Source: Octopus sinensis | Lineage: Eukaryota | Direction of reading: 5' to 3' | Length of the DNA stretch: 64,000 bases | Assembly: GCF_006345805.1 (NCBI RefSeq) | Contig: NC_043015.1 | Coordinates: forward strand, 49,414,001 to 49,478,000 | Part shown: piece after piece, positions 25,819 through 38,894 of the stretch | Layout of the letters: each line of letters starts with the position of its first letter | Numbering within the stretch: position 1 is the first letter of the stretch | Program-made: the position numbers and the translations under genes | Notes under the pieces: model-generated | Told to the model about the DNA's origin: nothing | Databases searched by the model: none | Seen by the model: only the letters and a program-made list of their open reading frames with translations

Positions 25819-27790
25819 ACAAAAAGGGTGCCGCCGAGGCTCTTACGGATGCAAAGATCAACTGCTAATCAATCGTATGATCCTTGAGAACTGTCACAAC
25901 AAGCGCAGAAATCTCAGCACCGCATGGATTGACTATAAAAAGGCCTTCGACAGTATACCGCATTCATGGATCTTGAGATCGCTGGACATCTTCAAAATTT
26001 CCCCTGTGATTTCAAACTTCCTGAAGCACAATATGTCGTTGTGGAATACGAATCTCCAATTATACCACTCTAATGGAGTACTTGCCTCAGAAAATATAAA
26101 CATCAACTGTGGAATTTTTCAAGGTGACTCACTTTCACCTTTAATATTCTGCATAGCCCTAATACCCCTTACAAGGGAATTAAACAGAACAGGGTATGGG
26201 TATAAAATTGCCAATAAAAAAATAAGCCATCTATTTTGTATGGATGACTTAAAACTTTATGGTAAAGACAATAATGAACTTGAAGGCCTATTGCGCACCG
26301 TGAAAGCATTCAGCGATGACATCGGGATGGAGTTTGGACTTGAGAAGTGTGCCAAGGCCACTTTCCAGAAAGGGAAAGTGAAGACCACAAATTCAGTCGT
26401 GTTAGATGTTGACACAGTCATAAGAGAGCTTGAGCAAGAACAAACATACAAATATTTAGGGATAAATGAAGGCTCTGGTATTCAGCATGCAAGCATGAAA
26501 GAGAAAATCAGGAAGGAATGTTATAGGAGAGTTCGTGCAGTCCTGAAATCTGAACTAAATGCACGTAACAAGGTGTTAGCTATAAATTCCTTAGCAGTTC
26601 CAGTTGTTACTTATAGCTACAATGTGTTGAACTGGAATATGAGTGAAGTAAAGAATATAGATAGAAAAATACGCAAGCTGCTGAGTTGTAATAGGATGCA
26701 CCACCCAAAGGCAGACGTAGATCGCCTTTACCTTCCCAGAGCCCAAGGAGGTCGAGGCCTGATCCAATTTGAACTAGCTTACAAAACAACCACAATTGGA
26801 CTGGCCAAATATCTCGAAATATCGAATGATTGGATGCTAAAGCTCGTGGAAAATCACGAGAGACGAAAGAAGCTTCATTCTATCATCAAGGAAAGCAAAA
26901 AATTTGCTATTGATCTCGTGCAGGATACCCAAACTGAACAACCCGAGGGAAGTACGGCAACTATTGTTGCAAAGAAGGTGAAAATGATGGCAATGAAAAA
27001 AGCGCACGAGCAATTGGCTGATAGGTGGGAGGAGAAACCTCTGCACGGCAAATATGTGACCCGCAGCAAACAAGCTGATGTTGACCAGAAGCAAACCCAT
27101 CAGTGGCTGCGGAGCTCAGGGCTAAAAGCAGAGAGCGAAGGTTTCATCCTGGCTGCCCAAGACCAAAGCCTATTAACCCGGAACTACCAGGCCAATGTGA
27201 TGAAAAATGGAGCAGACCCAAAATGCCGATTCTGCAACGACATGATTGAAACAGTGGACCACCTAATCTCTGGATGTAAAGTCTTAGCACCAGTGGAGTA
27301 TAAATTAAGACATGACAGAGTTGGCCAATATCTCCACTGGCTAATAAGTCGGCATTACAATATCAAAACTGCCGACAAGTGGTATAATCACCACCCTGAG
27401 GCTGTAACTGAAGGAGAAAATGTAACCATTCTGTGGGACTTTCCAGTACATACAGACCGAACCATCAAGGCCAATAAACCAGATATTGTTGTGAAAGACC
27501 AAAACAATAAAGTTTGCTTATTGATCGACATGAGCATCCCCTGTGATCATAATATCTCAGCGAAAGAGTTTGACAAGCTCAGAAAATATAAGGACCTACT
27601 CATTGAAATTGAGAAAATGTGGCATCTCAAGGCGGTTACAATACCAGTGATCGTAGGAGCACTAGGAATGATCAAGAAGGGAACCGAAAATTATATGAGA
27701 ATGATCCCTGGCTTACCATCTCTGCAAGAAGTGCAAAAGATTGTCTTAACTGGTACATCACACGTATTGAGAAGAGCATTGTCGATGTGA
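25790..27790 (+). CDS. Dong-1 polyprotein C-terminal part (RT, CCHC knuckle, restriction-like endonuclease)
   Basis: EQKGC, WIDYKKAFDS, GIFQGDSLSP, FCMDDLK, YKYLG, CRFC..ETVDHLISGC, RHD, KPDIVV..IDMSIP..K..KY. Confidence 0.92.
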   Translation: MEKNDIFPIEQKGCRRGSYGCKDQLLINRMILENCHNKRRNLSTAWIDYKKAFDSIPHSWILRSLDIFKISPVISNFLKHNMSLWNTNLQLYHSNGVLASENININCGIFQGDSLSPLIFCIALIPLTRELNRTGYGYKIANKKISHLFCMDDLKLYGKDNNELEGLLRTVKAFSDDIGMEFGLEKCAKATFQKGKVKTTNSVVLDVDTVIRELEQEQTYKYLGINEGSGIQHASMKEKIRKECYRRVRAVLKSELNARNKVLAINSLAVPVVTYSYNVLNWNMSEVKNIDRKIRKLLSCNRMHHPKADVDRLYLPRAQGGRGLIQFELAYKTTTIGLAKYLEISNDWMLKLVENHERRKKLHSIIKESKKFAIDLVQDTQTEQPEGSTATIVAKKVKMMAMKKAHEQLADRWEEKPLHGKYVTRSKQADVDQKQTHQWLRSSGLKAESEGFILAAQDQSLLTRNYQANVMKNGADPKCRFCNDMIETVDHLISGCKVLAPVEYKLRHDRVGQYLHWLISRHYNIKTADKWYNHHPEAVTEGENVTILWDFPVHTDRTIKANKPDIVVKDQNNKVCLLIDMSIPCDHNISAKEFDKLRKYKDLLIEIEKMWHLKAVTIPVIVGALGMIKKGTENYMRMIPGLPSLQEVQKIVLTGTSHVLRRALSM

Positions 27791-27989
27791 GAACTGTTGC
27801 TGCTCATGTATTTTAATTTAACTTTAAAAAAAAAAAATAAAAAAAATGAACGAACTACTGAGTTTGGTTTAATGGCCTACCAATATACACTATGAGTTTC
27901 TTTGCCCTAGGAGTCGGGAAGATACTCGGCAAGAAATGGAAGAAAATTTGAAAGAAGAAAAAAAAAAGTAATAATAATAATAATAACCT

Positions 27990-28362
27990 ATTGTTTTCGT
28001 TACTAGTATTACGACCACTACCATCACCAAACCCAACATCACGATCACCATCCCTACTACTACCACCACCATCACCACCACCATCACCACCACCACCACC
28101 ACCACCACCAACACTACTACTGTTACTACTACTACTGCTGTTGCTGCTGCTGCTACTACTATTACTACTGCTACTACTGCTGTTGCTACTGCTGCTACTA
28201 CTACTATTGCTGTTGTTATTGTTGCTGCTGCTACTACTACTATTACTGTTGTTATTGCTGCTGCTGCTGCTACTACTACTACTGCCACTGCTGCTGTTGC
28301 TGCTGCTACTACAATTACTATTGCTGTTGTTATTGCTGCTGCTACTACTACTACTACTACTA

Positions 28363-28412
<50 letters not shown>
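27990..28412. repeat. Mixed triplet tract (CCA/CTA/CTG)n
   Basis: Direct reading. Confidence 0.9.
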
Positions 28413-28598
28413 GGTAAGAAATACGTGAACAATAAAGAATATATTATTTTCCCACGCTATGAAGCAAATGCACACCGCCCAAAGTAATAACGACAGGCTC
28501 TATTTAGCGAGAAGTAAAGACGTCAGATGTTCAATAAATCCAGAAGACACCATTAATACGGCGAATGGTGAATAAAGACTGTTTAACTGTTTGAATAT

Positions 28599-29006
28599 TA
28601 TTTTCTACTCCAGGCACAAAGCCTGCAATTTTGGGGGAGGATTAGGGCTAGGCCAGTCGATTAGATTGAACCCAGTACGCAACTGGTACTTAATTTATCG
28701 ATCTCGAGAGGATGAAAGGCAAAGCCGACCTGGGTGGAATTTGAACTCAGGAATTACAACCGTGTTTCGTGGTCTGCTACCACAACAGCTCCTTTATAGG
28801 ATCCAGTTAGCTCAAGACATCATCAGGAGGAACCACGTCCGGTTTCGGCCCCTACTCTTCTACCGTTTTGACGTGGCGGGCCCCATCCTTTCGGAGGTGT
28901 CTTCAGCTCTGGTGTTGGGTGGATGTCTTCTTTCTTCTTCTTTCTTCAGTTCCCTGGCCCCTTAGCATTTCGCCCGGCGTCCTAACGTTTCTACCAGCTC
29001 GCCGCC
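28599..29006 (-). mobile_element. SINE-B with ~210-bp foreign insert and 15-bp TSD
   Basis: TSD TAACTGTTT(G/A)AATAT at 28584-28598 and 29007-29021. Confidence 0.85.
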
Positions 29007-29039
29007 TAACTGTTTAAATATCGAAAACATTATAGAGAT

Positions 29040-29460
29040 GGCAAAGGATTTCCAGAATACTAAGAACAGCATGGCAAATAGCTGAAAAGAGGAATAACTA
29101 TATGAACGATTTACGCAACGAACTGTGGAAGTTGCCAGTGTATGACTCTGGTTGTGTGGCTGAGAGATGGGGATTTGAAAATAGAAACTGAAGCAGTATT
29201 TTAAGCCACTCAGGAATAAGCCATTAAAGCAAATTTTATAAAGACAACGACTGATAAAACGCAGTCTGGCAGCAAATGCACAATGTGTGGGAATGGGTGC
29301 AAAAGTATTATCTATCTTGTCAATGAGTGCAGTAAGGTAGTTCAAAATGAGCATAAATCCAGACATGATTGTGTCAGTGAAAGAATGCTTTAGGCTGTCA
29401 GCTAAGTTTGTGGCTTGAAAGTAAGAGAAAAGTGGTGTGAATACGAGTCGAAGCTCTGAT
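29040..29460 (+). pseudogene. Old R4/Dong fragment (zinc knuckle region)
   Basis: WLRDGDLKIETEAV..KCTMCG..LVNECSK..SRHD. Confidence 0.7.
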
Positions 29461-29479
29461 GCTAAATGAATTGACTGCG

Positions 29480-31465
29480 ATTTGGACCGAGTTTGTAAAT
29501 TTGAAGATACAGCTCAAACCAAAGAAGAACCGAAAGGGAAAAATAATTATAACGTTACCAATAAGGAAGGGACAACTGGCATCAGCGACTTAAGTCATTT
29601 AAGTGAGGAAGATAAAAAGATTTTAGATGAGTTGCAGCAAGTAATGAGTAAAGAAGTAAGAAAAAGATTGCCAGTATTTAAAGGCACCAACAGAAGGAAG
29701 CTGTTAGAAATGACTATGAAAGTAGATTCTGTTATCAGTAGGATAGATGCTAAAAATATAGGAGACACTGACTTATTGATCAATGCAGGAGGGGTAGTAG
29801 TTATTAGAAGATTAGATATTCCACAAGGAAAGATTAGACAAGAGCAAATGTGGAAAAGGAAATGACAAAATAAAAGTGAAGACTTTAAGGCAAGATCTGA
29901 GTATAACAGAAACCTGGAAACTGAACAAGTTAGGAAACACAAGATGCAAATCTTCTCCTGAGAAAAAATATTTAGTCATAGAAAAAGGATTTGGGACAGT
30001 AATAGAAAAGTTGATACAGCGTATCATAACAGCAACAGGTAAGCTCTCAAGATATCAAAAAAGAATAGATGAGTATCAACAGAATAAATTATTTGAAGCA
30101 GGCCAGGGGAGATTTTATAACCAAATAAATAGTGGAGAAAGAAGTACTGAACATGAGAACCCAAATGCAGAAGAAGCTAGAAAGTTCTGGAGTAATATCT
30201 GGGATAAGCCAGTCAATCATAATGGACATGCAATATGGTTAAAGAAAGTGAGGGAAAAAATAGTGAGTGAGAAGCAGCCACATCTAAGACTAACTAGTGC
30301 ATTAATGAGTAAAGTGTTAGGAAAAATGCCGAATTGGAAGGGCCCAGGACCAGATTTAGTTCAAGGGTACTGGCTAAAGAAATTTAGTAGTTTATATGGG
30401 AGGGAACAACTCCAGGATTGCCTTAATGGAGGAATAATACCAGATTGGATGACTAGAGGGAGGACAATACTCATTATGAAAGATAAAAGCAAGGGTAATA
30501 CACTTAGCAACTATAGACCATTAGTGTGGAAGCTGTTAAGAGGAATGATTTCAGAAAGCATTTACGAGCACCTTGACAACCAGAATTTACTTCTAGAAGA
30601 ACAGAAAGGTTGCAGGAAGAAGGCGAGAGGAACGCATGATCTATTAGACATAGACAAAGCAGTTCTAAATGAAGTAAAAGCTAGAAAGAAAAATCTCACA
30701 ATAACATGGATAGATTATAGGAAAGCCTTTGACATGATCCCACACTCGTGGATAAGTGAATGTTTGAGTATATTCAGTATTGCAGACAACATAAGAGAAT
30801 TAATTAGCTTTAGCATGAATAAATGAAAAATAGATCTCTACTCAGGTGACAGTTTTAGGGAAAGTTTATATCAAGAGAGGAATGTTCCAAGAGGACTCGT
30901 TATCCCCTTTAATATTTGTCTTATGCTTGATCCCTTCAGTTTAGTATTAAGGAAATTTAAGGCAGGGTATCAGTTCAGAAATAGTAAGGGGAAAATTAAC
31001 CATTTGCTGTACGTGGATTTCTGGAACTTTTTAGTAAGAATGAGAAAGAGACAGTTCTTTAATACAGACCGTAAAACTCTTCAGCAAAGACACCGGCATG
31101 GAATTTGGCAGAGATAAGTGTGCAATATTAGGCATGTGAAGTGGACAGGTAGTCAACAGTGAAGGCATCCAATTACCAGATGGCTAGACATTAAAATTAT
31201 TGAAAGGAGGAAAGAGTTATAAGTATCTAGGAGTATTAGAATCTAACAGAGTACTAATTATAGAAATGCAAACGAAAATTGAGGAGTATATCAAAAGGCA
31301 AAGGAAGCTAGATGGTCCGAATCTAGTGTAAATACTTGGGCAGTATCATTATTTAGATACTCAGCAGCTTTTGTAGATTGGACAAAAACTGAATTAGCAA
31401 AGCTAGACAGAAGAACTAGGGAGGAATTCAATATGGATGAAGGACTCCACCAAACGGCAAGAGTA
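29480..31465 (+). mobile_element. Decayed R4/Dong element, N-terminal region and RT; 3' part missing
   Basis: KMPNWKGPGPDLVQGYWLKK, EEQKGCRK, WIDYRKAFDMIPHSWI, QEDSLSP, NHLLYVD, YKYLG; several frameshifts and stops. Confidence 0.88.
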
Positions 31466-31490
31466 GCTTTGACTTCATTAGCTTTAACGC

Positions 31491-32727
31491 CTCGACAGGA
31501 AGACAAGAAAACTACTAACATCTAAGAACATGCACCACCCAAAAGCAGACGTTGATCATCTGTACCTACTTAGAAGTAATGGGGGAAGAGGAATGATGCA
31601 GGTAGAACTATGTTATAAGACCTCAACTATAGCAATGAACAAGTACTTATCTAGAACAGAGGAGTGGATGCAGCAACTTGTGTGCAAACACGAAAGCAGC
31701 AAAAAATCACATTCTATTGTCAAGGAAGCTTGCAAATTCGCAAGGGAACTTGGCATTAACCTTGAAGTAGACAAATAATCTGAAGACACTGCCATCAAAC
31801 AAGCAAAACGGATTAAACAGATTGCAAAAAAGAACGGGCAGAAACAAATTGAGGAGTGGTAGAGCCAGAAGCATCTGCATGGACAGTATATACTTCGAAG
31901 CGCCGAAATGCTGATGTCGATCAAGCAACAACCAATCAGTGGATGAGAAGCTCAAAACTGAAAGCAGAGTCTGAAGGTTTCATATTGGCGACACAAGATC
32001 AAAGCTTGCTTACCAAAAACGGTTCTAACACTAAATGCAGATTCTGCGACACATTTGACGAAACAATAGGTCATCTCATCTCGGGACGTCCTGCGCTGAC
32101 ACCAAACAAATACAAAAATCACCACGATAGGGTAGGACAGTATTTACATTGGAAAATATGTAAACAGTACAAAATCAATACTCCTACTTACTGGTAAGAA
32201 CATTATCCTGAGCCAGTCGTTGAACGTAAAAACGTCACTATACTGTGGGATTTTCCAGTCAACACCGACAGAACGATCCAGGCTAATTGACCAGACATGG
32301 TCATTAAAGACAGTGAAGAAAGTACTTGTAGGCTAATAGATGTAAGTGTTCCCACTGGTAAAAATATATCTGTAAAGGAATTTGACAAATTAAGTAAATA
32401 TAAGGACCTGGAAATTGAAATAGAAAAGGTGTGGCGTCTTAAAGCGAGAACTATTCTTGTTATTGTGGGTGATAAGAAAGGAATGTCAGAAACATCTAGA
32501 TAATATCCTAGGACAACCATGTCTCAGAGAAATCCAAAAGATTGTGCTAACAAGTACAGCCCACATCCTTTGAAAAACCCTATAAATTTAAATGTCTCGC
32601 TACTGCCCGTGCATTGTCCCTGCCCAAGCTCTCAGTCATGCTGCAACATCTCTTATCCTTCACTCGCCCTAGAATACTGGGTGTGTCTCGGTAAGTGATT
32701 GTCATAAACATGCAGATTTAAAAGTAA
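31491..32727 (+). mobile_element. Dong-3: decayed 5'-truncated R4/Dong element
   Basis: MHHPKADVDHLY..GGRG, LKAESEGFILATQDQ, CRFCDTFDETIGHLISG, IDVSVP..KEFDKLSKY; ends in (TAA)n. Confidence 0.88.
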
Positions 32728-32741
32728 ATAATAATAATAAT

Positions 32742-32820
<79 letters not shown>

Positions 32821-32914
32821 GCAACATAAACAATAATAATAAAAGTAACTTTTGTCTTCATAATTGAAAGAGAGAATGTTTGTGTGCGTGTGTGTATATG
32901 TGAAGCCCGTTCTA

Positions 32915-32930
32915 ACTATCTATCTGTCTG

Positions 32931-32995
<65 letters not shown>

Positions 32996-32998
32996 CAA

Positions 32999-33029
<31 letters not shown>

Positions 33030-33030
33030 G

Positions 33031-33082
<52 letters not shown>

Positions 33083-33092
33083 CCTACCTATC

Positions 33093-33173
<81 letters not shown>

Positions 33174-33273
33174 GTCTGTCTGTCTGTCTTCTATCTGTCT
33201 TTTTGTTTATCTATTTATCTATCTAGTAATCTATCTATCTATCTATCTATCTATTTTTCTTTCTTTCTTTCTT

Positions 33274-33324
<51 letters not shown>

Positions 33325-33345
33325 CTCTATCAGTCTGTCTGTCTG
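32915..33345. repeat. (TCTA)n/(TCTG)n
   Basis: Direct reading. Confidence 0.95.
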
Positions 33346-33869
33346 TCTGTCGGTCTATATGTCTGGCTGTGTATCTGTGTGTGTGTGTATAGTTATATAT
33401 ATATGCACATTTATGTTTATTTATGTACGTATATCATTACAAACAACCCCCCGTACGCACACGCGCATGCACACACACATATATCCACATACACACACAC
33501 ACGTGATTGCAGTACATGTGTACCGTAGTACCGTTTTAGTCTACGTATAAACTACTTCTCACGTATCCAAACCGAGATATCATTAGCTTCCTGGCTTCCC
33601 ATCACGATACATTATGAATAACTTAAACCAGTTGCCGCGTTGGAACCGAGCATCATGAAACAACAACAACAACAACAACAACAACACACACAACAACAAC
33701 ACAACAACAACAACAACAACACACACAACAACAACAACAAACAAACCAAAAAAAAAGAGACAGCTTTATTCTTAGTGCAGTTCAGCTAATCTCTATATTA
33801 TGGAAATACAATAATGTATGCCGTGACTAAACCAACGCAATTTACCAAAGCATTAATAATCTTGTCTTT

Positions 33870-33874
33870 TAATA

Positions 33875-33909
<35 letters not shown>

Positions 33910-34006
33910 TGATAATAATAATAATAATGATAATAATGATAATAATAATAATAATAATAATAATAATATAATAATAATAATAATAATGATGATAATAATA
34001 ATAATG

Positions 34007-34079
<73 letters not shown>

Positions 34080-34081
34080 TG

Positions 34082-34124
<43 letters not shown>

Positions 34125-34132
34125 TGATGATG

Positions 34133-34196
<64 letters not shown>

Positions 34197-34394
34197 TAAT
34201 AATAATGATAATAATAATAATAATAATGATAATAACGATGGTGATGATGATGATGGCGGCGATGTTGATGGCGGCGTCTGTGATGGTAGTGATAATGATC
34301 GTAATAATAAATCGTCTGGTCGCTTGTCTTGTATTAATAGCAGAAATGCTTCCTTGTGCTTAATCTCGCCGAAATTTTTCTTTCCTTCTTTCCT

Positions 34395-34425
<31 letters not shown>

Positions 34426-34426
34426 C

Positions 34427-34458
<32 letters not shown>

Positions 34459-35238
34459 TCCTTCTTTCTTTCTTTCTTTCTTTCCTTCTTTCTTTCCTTC
34501 CATCTCTCTTTCTTTCCTTCCTTTTTTCCTTCTTTCTTTCCTTCTTTCCTTCATTCTTTCCTTCTTTCTTTCTTTCCTTCTTTCTTTCTTTCCTTCTTTC
34601 CTTCCTTCTTTCCTTCTTTCTTTCCTGCGTTCCTTCCTTCGTTCCTTCCTGCCTTCGTTCCTTCCTGCCTTCGCTCCTTCTTGCCTTCGTTCCTTCGTTC
34701 CTTCCTCCCTTGTTCCTTCTTTCGTTCATTCCTTTCTTCGTTCGTTCCTGCCTTCGTTCCTTCCTCCCTTGTTCCTTCCTTCGTTCATTCCTTTCTTCGT
34801 TCGTTCGTTCGTTCTTCGTTCGTTCCTTCCCTCCTCTTTCCTTCTTTTCTTTCTTTCTTCTTTCTTTCTTTCTTTCTTTCTTTCTCTTATACTTCGTTCC
34901 TCTCACTCTCTCATTCTCTTTTTCCTTCTTTCTTCGATTCTTTCGTTCTTCTTCCTTCTCTATGACTGTCATGTTTTTCGTTTCACGTATTATCTTCTTA
35001 TGCTGGACATCAAGATATGCATGCACGTACGTACGCCTGTATGTATGTACGTGCACATGTATGTATGTATCTATGCATGCATGTATGAATGTATGTATGT
35101 ATGTATGTATGTATGTATGTATGTATGTATGTACGCACGGCTGTATGTACGTACGCATGTATGTATGTATTTATGCATGCATGTATGTATGTATATGTGC
35201 AGATTTTTATGTTTTGTTTTATGTATATATTCTCATGC

Positions 35239-35269
<31 letters not shown>

Positions 35270-35375
35270 TGTATGTATGTATGTATGTATGTATGTATGT
35301 ATGTTATGTATGTATGTATGTATGTATGTATGTATGTATGTATGTATGTGTGTATGTATGTATGTATGTATGCAT
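33870..35375. repeat. Consecutive (TAA/TGA)n, (TTTC/TTCC)n and (TATG)n arrays
   Basis: Direct reading. Confidence 0.95.
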
Positions 35376-35579
35376 GTAAAGTTGTGAAAGAAAGAAATTG
35401 GAATTCACGAAACTTTCATCTTTTCATATAAACTCTACGGACATAAAGGAATTCTTGAAAAAAAATCCAGTGGCATATACCTCCATACTGTTGACATAAG
35501 GCAGCCGAATACAGTGGAAGGGATTTAAACAGCATAATACTAGTGTACAACCGAATATAAATTTATCACATATATGTAT

Positions 35580-35645
<66 letters not shown>

Positions 35646-35647
35646 GT

Positions 35648-36420
35648 GTTTGTCATTGTTCAGTTTTATTTCAAGATTTCTTGCCAACAGAGAAAGAGCC
35701 GGTTTCTAACCTAGATCCTTCATTCTAATTTCAACATCAACAACAGGGTATTTTTATTTGTATGTATGTATACCTGCAGATTTGTATGTTTTATGTATGT
35801 ATTCTCATGCATATAGTTGCCTATCTATACATGCTCATATATATTTAAATGATAAACTTCTGGAAAGTTTTACAGATTTTTACAGTTCCAGTGATGGCTA
35901 TGATCGGTAATCTTCAAAATAGCTTTCTCTTTTCTGGCTTTGAGAAGCCTAATTTCTCAAGATTGGTATTTAGGCAGTGTGTTACATATCCCAGGGCCTC
36001 AATAATAAAAGGTATAAACCAGAATTTGTAATCTGGATAGAGTAACTGCAGATTTCTCAATCGTTAATTCCTACACATTTCACTGATCTTCAGCTTTATG
36101 TTAACATCCGTCGAGCAGCTAATTTGCACAACTGAACACAGTTTCTCTTCTCTATCCCAAATCATTATATCAGGTCTGTTGTGCTTACATTTTATTGAGG
36201 CCTTCACTCCTTTTTATTATGAGTGGTTATGGCTTCTACCATACTGTCGGTTATTATTTCTTTGTCCTCGGGGTTATCCTTCCGACGAATTTCCTTATAG
36301 AGTGTCCTAGCTACAACATCATGTCTCATCGGCAGATAATACTGTGATGACATATTTGGATAACTGCTCTATGATTGATGTTGAGCCTCTGCCGCCTTGT
36401 TTTTCGTTTTAGGTAGAGGC
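35648..36420 (-). mobile_element. 3' fragment of a divergent RLE-type non-LTR element
   Basis: YYLPMRHDVVART..KHNRPDIMIWDREEKLCSVVQISC..FIIEALGYV..GTVKICKTF; 3' UTR runs into (CA)n. Confidence 0.8.
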
Positions 36421-36475
36421 GGTCTACGTCACTGTTTATGTGGAAATTATATGTGCTTGTAAGTATTGTTTCAAG

Positions 36476-36890
36476 GGCGGCGAGCTGGCAGAAACGTTAG
36501 CACGCCGGACGAAATGCGTAACCGTATTTCGTCTGCCGTTACGTTCTGAGTTCAAATTCCGCCGAGGTCGACTTTGCCTTTCATCCTTTCGGGGTCGATA
36601 AATTAAGTACCGGTTACGCACTGGAGTCGATGTAATCGACTTAATCCGTTTGTCTGTCCTTGTTTGACCGCTCTGTGTTTAGCCCGTTGTGGGTAGTAAA
36701 GAAATAGGTATTTCGTCTGCCGCTACGTTCTGAGTTCAAATTCCGCCGAGGTCGACTTTGCCGTTCATCCTTTCGGGATCGATAAATTAAGTACCAGTTA
36801 CGCACTGGAGTCCATGTAATCGACTTAATCCGTTTATCTGTCCTTGTTTGTCCCCTCTGTGTTTGGCCCCTTGTGGGTAGTAAAGAAATA
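36476..36890 (+). mobile_element. SINE-B, internally duplicated, with long TSD
   Basis: TATATGTGCTTGT(A/T)AGTATT at 36448 and 36891. Confidence 0.9.
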
Positions 36891-36923
36891 TATATGTGCT
36901 TGTTAGTATTTTGCTAGTCTGGT

Positions 36924-37130
36924 TTATAGTCTCCCCCGTTTCACAAGCATATAACAACAATTATCCTGACCAAATTCCAACTCTATATCCTTTGAGAATG
37001 TTGTAGACCCCTTATCTTTGATTACAACTCTTTCCTTGAGAAAGAAATTCCGAAATAATACCTGGCTCATTGCAAAACCGGAGACTTTGGTCTTGTTTGT
37101 TTCTGGACTATCTGACTTTGTTGGTGAGAG
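36924..37130 (-). pseudogene. RT-domain scrap, probably of the 35648-36420 element
   Basis: [24 protein letters not shown] resembles the FS.DIGMEFG..KC motif. Confidence 0.55.
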
Positions 37131-37190
37131 ACTTACATACATATATACATATGTACATTTACATATATATAATATATATATATATATATT

Positions 37191-37291
<101 letters not shown>

Positions 37292-37645
37292 GTATGAATG
37301 TATGTATGTATATTATTCTGAACCAGTTAAGCAACGCTATTCAACGGTATAGAGATTTCGGTTTATTGCGTATCGATTTTAGAAGTGATCAATCAATATC
37401 CAACTGATTGTAATGTGCTTCTTGTAAAGTATTTATGGTTTATGGTTTAGGTATGTAAATGCAGTCCTGCACTCAGAGATAAACAGCTATGTGCATATAT
37501 AAACACACCAACAGACAGACACACACATGCACAAACACATATACACTCACATACATACACACAGATGTAAAAGCGCACACAGATGTAAGCGTGTGAATGT
37601 GAACGAATAGATATATCTATGTATATGCACACATATATATGTATA

Positions 37646-37688
<43 letters not shown>

Positions 37689-37983
37689 GACATAAACACG
37701 CATATGCACACAAACATATATATATATATGCATACAACATATAGGTATATATGTGCATTTACATATGCATACGTGTATGTATGCATATATAGGTATCTAT
37801 ATATACAAATATATGTATATATATATAGCTTTATATATGTATATATATACATACATATGAATATACATACACATATATATGTGTGTATATATACATATGT
37901 ACATTTACATATATATATATGTATATGTGTATATATATATATATATATACACTTATATATATATATATATGTATATGTATAAT

Positions 37984-38029
<46 letters not shown>

Positions 38030-38894
38030 TATATATTATATATTATATAATATATATATTATAAATATATATTACATATATATATACATATATACATATG
38101 TATGTATATATATATATATATATGTATGCATGCATGTATGTATGTGTGTGTATGTATATATATGCATATGTAATATATCGCATTTATATGTATGCATATG
38201 TAAATGTACGAATGCTAGCGTATTTAAACTCGTCTACGTGGCACATTCTTTACCATTCTGACATCAATAAAACAGAGAACTATATATACACACACACACA
38301 TATACATACAAGCACATACGCATTCATAAATACATACATACATACATACATACATACATACATACATACATACATACATACATACATACATACATACATA
38401 CATGCATACATACATATATTTTTATATATATGTGTGTGTGTCTGTTTATGTAACACAGTATAGAGAACGTTGCGGCATACTGTAGCGCTGTGCTATTGTT
38501 GCTAATGTTATCGCCATTGCTATCGCAGCCGTTGTCGTTGTAAATATTATTGTTCTTGTGCTTGTTGTATCTAATTCCGAACGACATTGTCACATTTGTG
38601 TTATCACATAACGAAATACTTCAATTTATTTGCATTCTGTTAAGGAATTTCGTGTTAGCATTCAAATTTTACGAAGAAAAAAATGTCTGACTATACAGAC
38701 CTGGAATTTTTTATTTGACTACCCCGTTAGATTGTGGTATAGTTTGAGCACATTCCTCCCATATAGTTGTAACAGACATAGACATACACACATGCGCATG
38801 CGCACAAACACACAGACACACACATACACACACACATCCATACACACGAAATTATTGAATTGACAAAGAAACAGGAATAACATAATCCACTTCT

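Larger units (their letters stand above)
23994..27968 (+). mobile_element. Dong-1: near full-length R4/Dong-clade non-LTR retrotransposon
   Basis: RT + CCHC + RLE layout, TAA repeats on both sides, ~180-bp 3' UTR; 5' boundary uncertain. Confidence 0.92.

Noticed and set aside
25770-25820. Programmed frameshift or true two-ORF organisation of Dong-1
   Set aside because: R4/Dong elements have a single ORF, the break falls inside the RT, and a 2-nt deletion explains it; the homologous region is continuous in 29876-30826.
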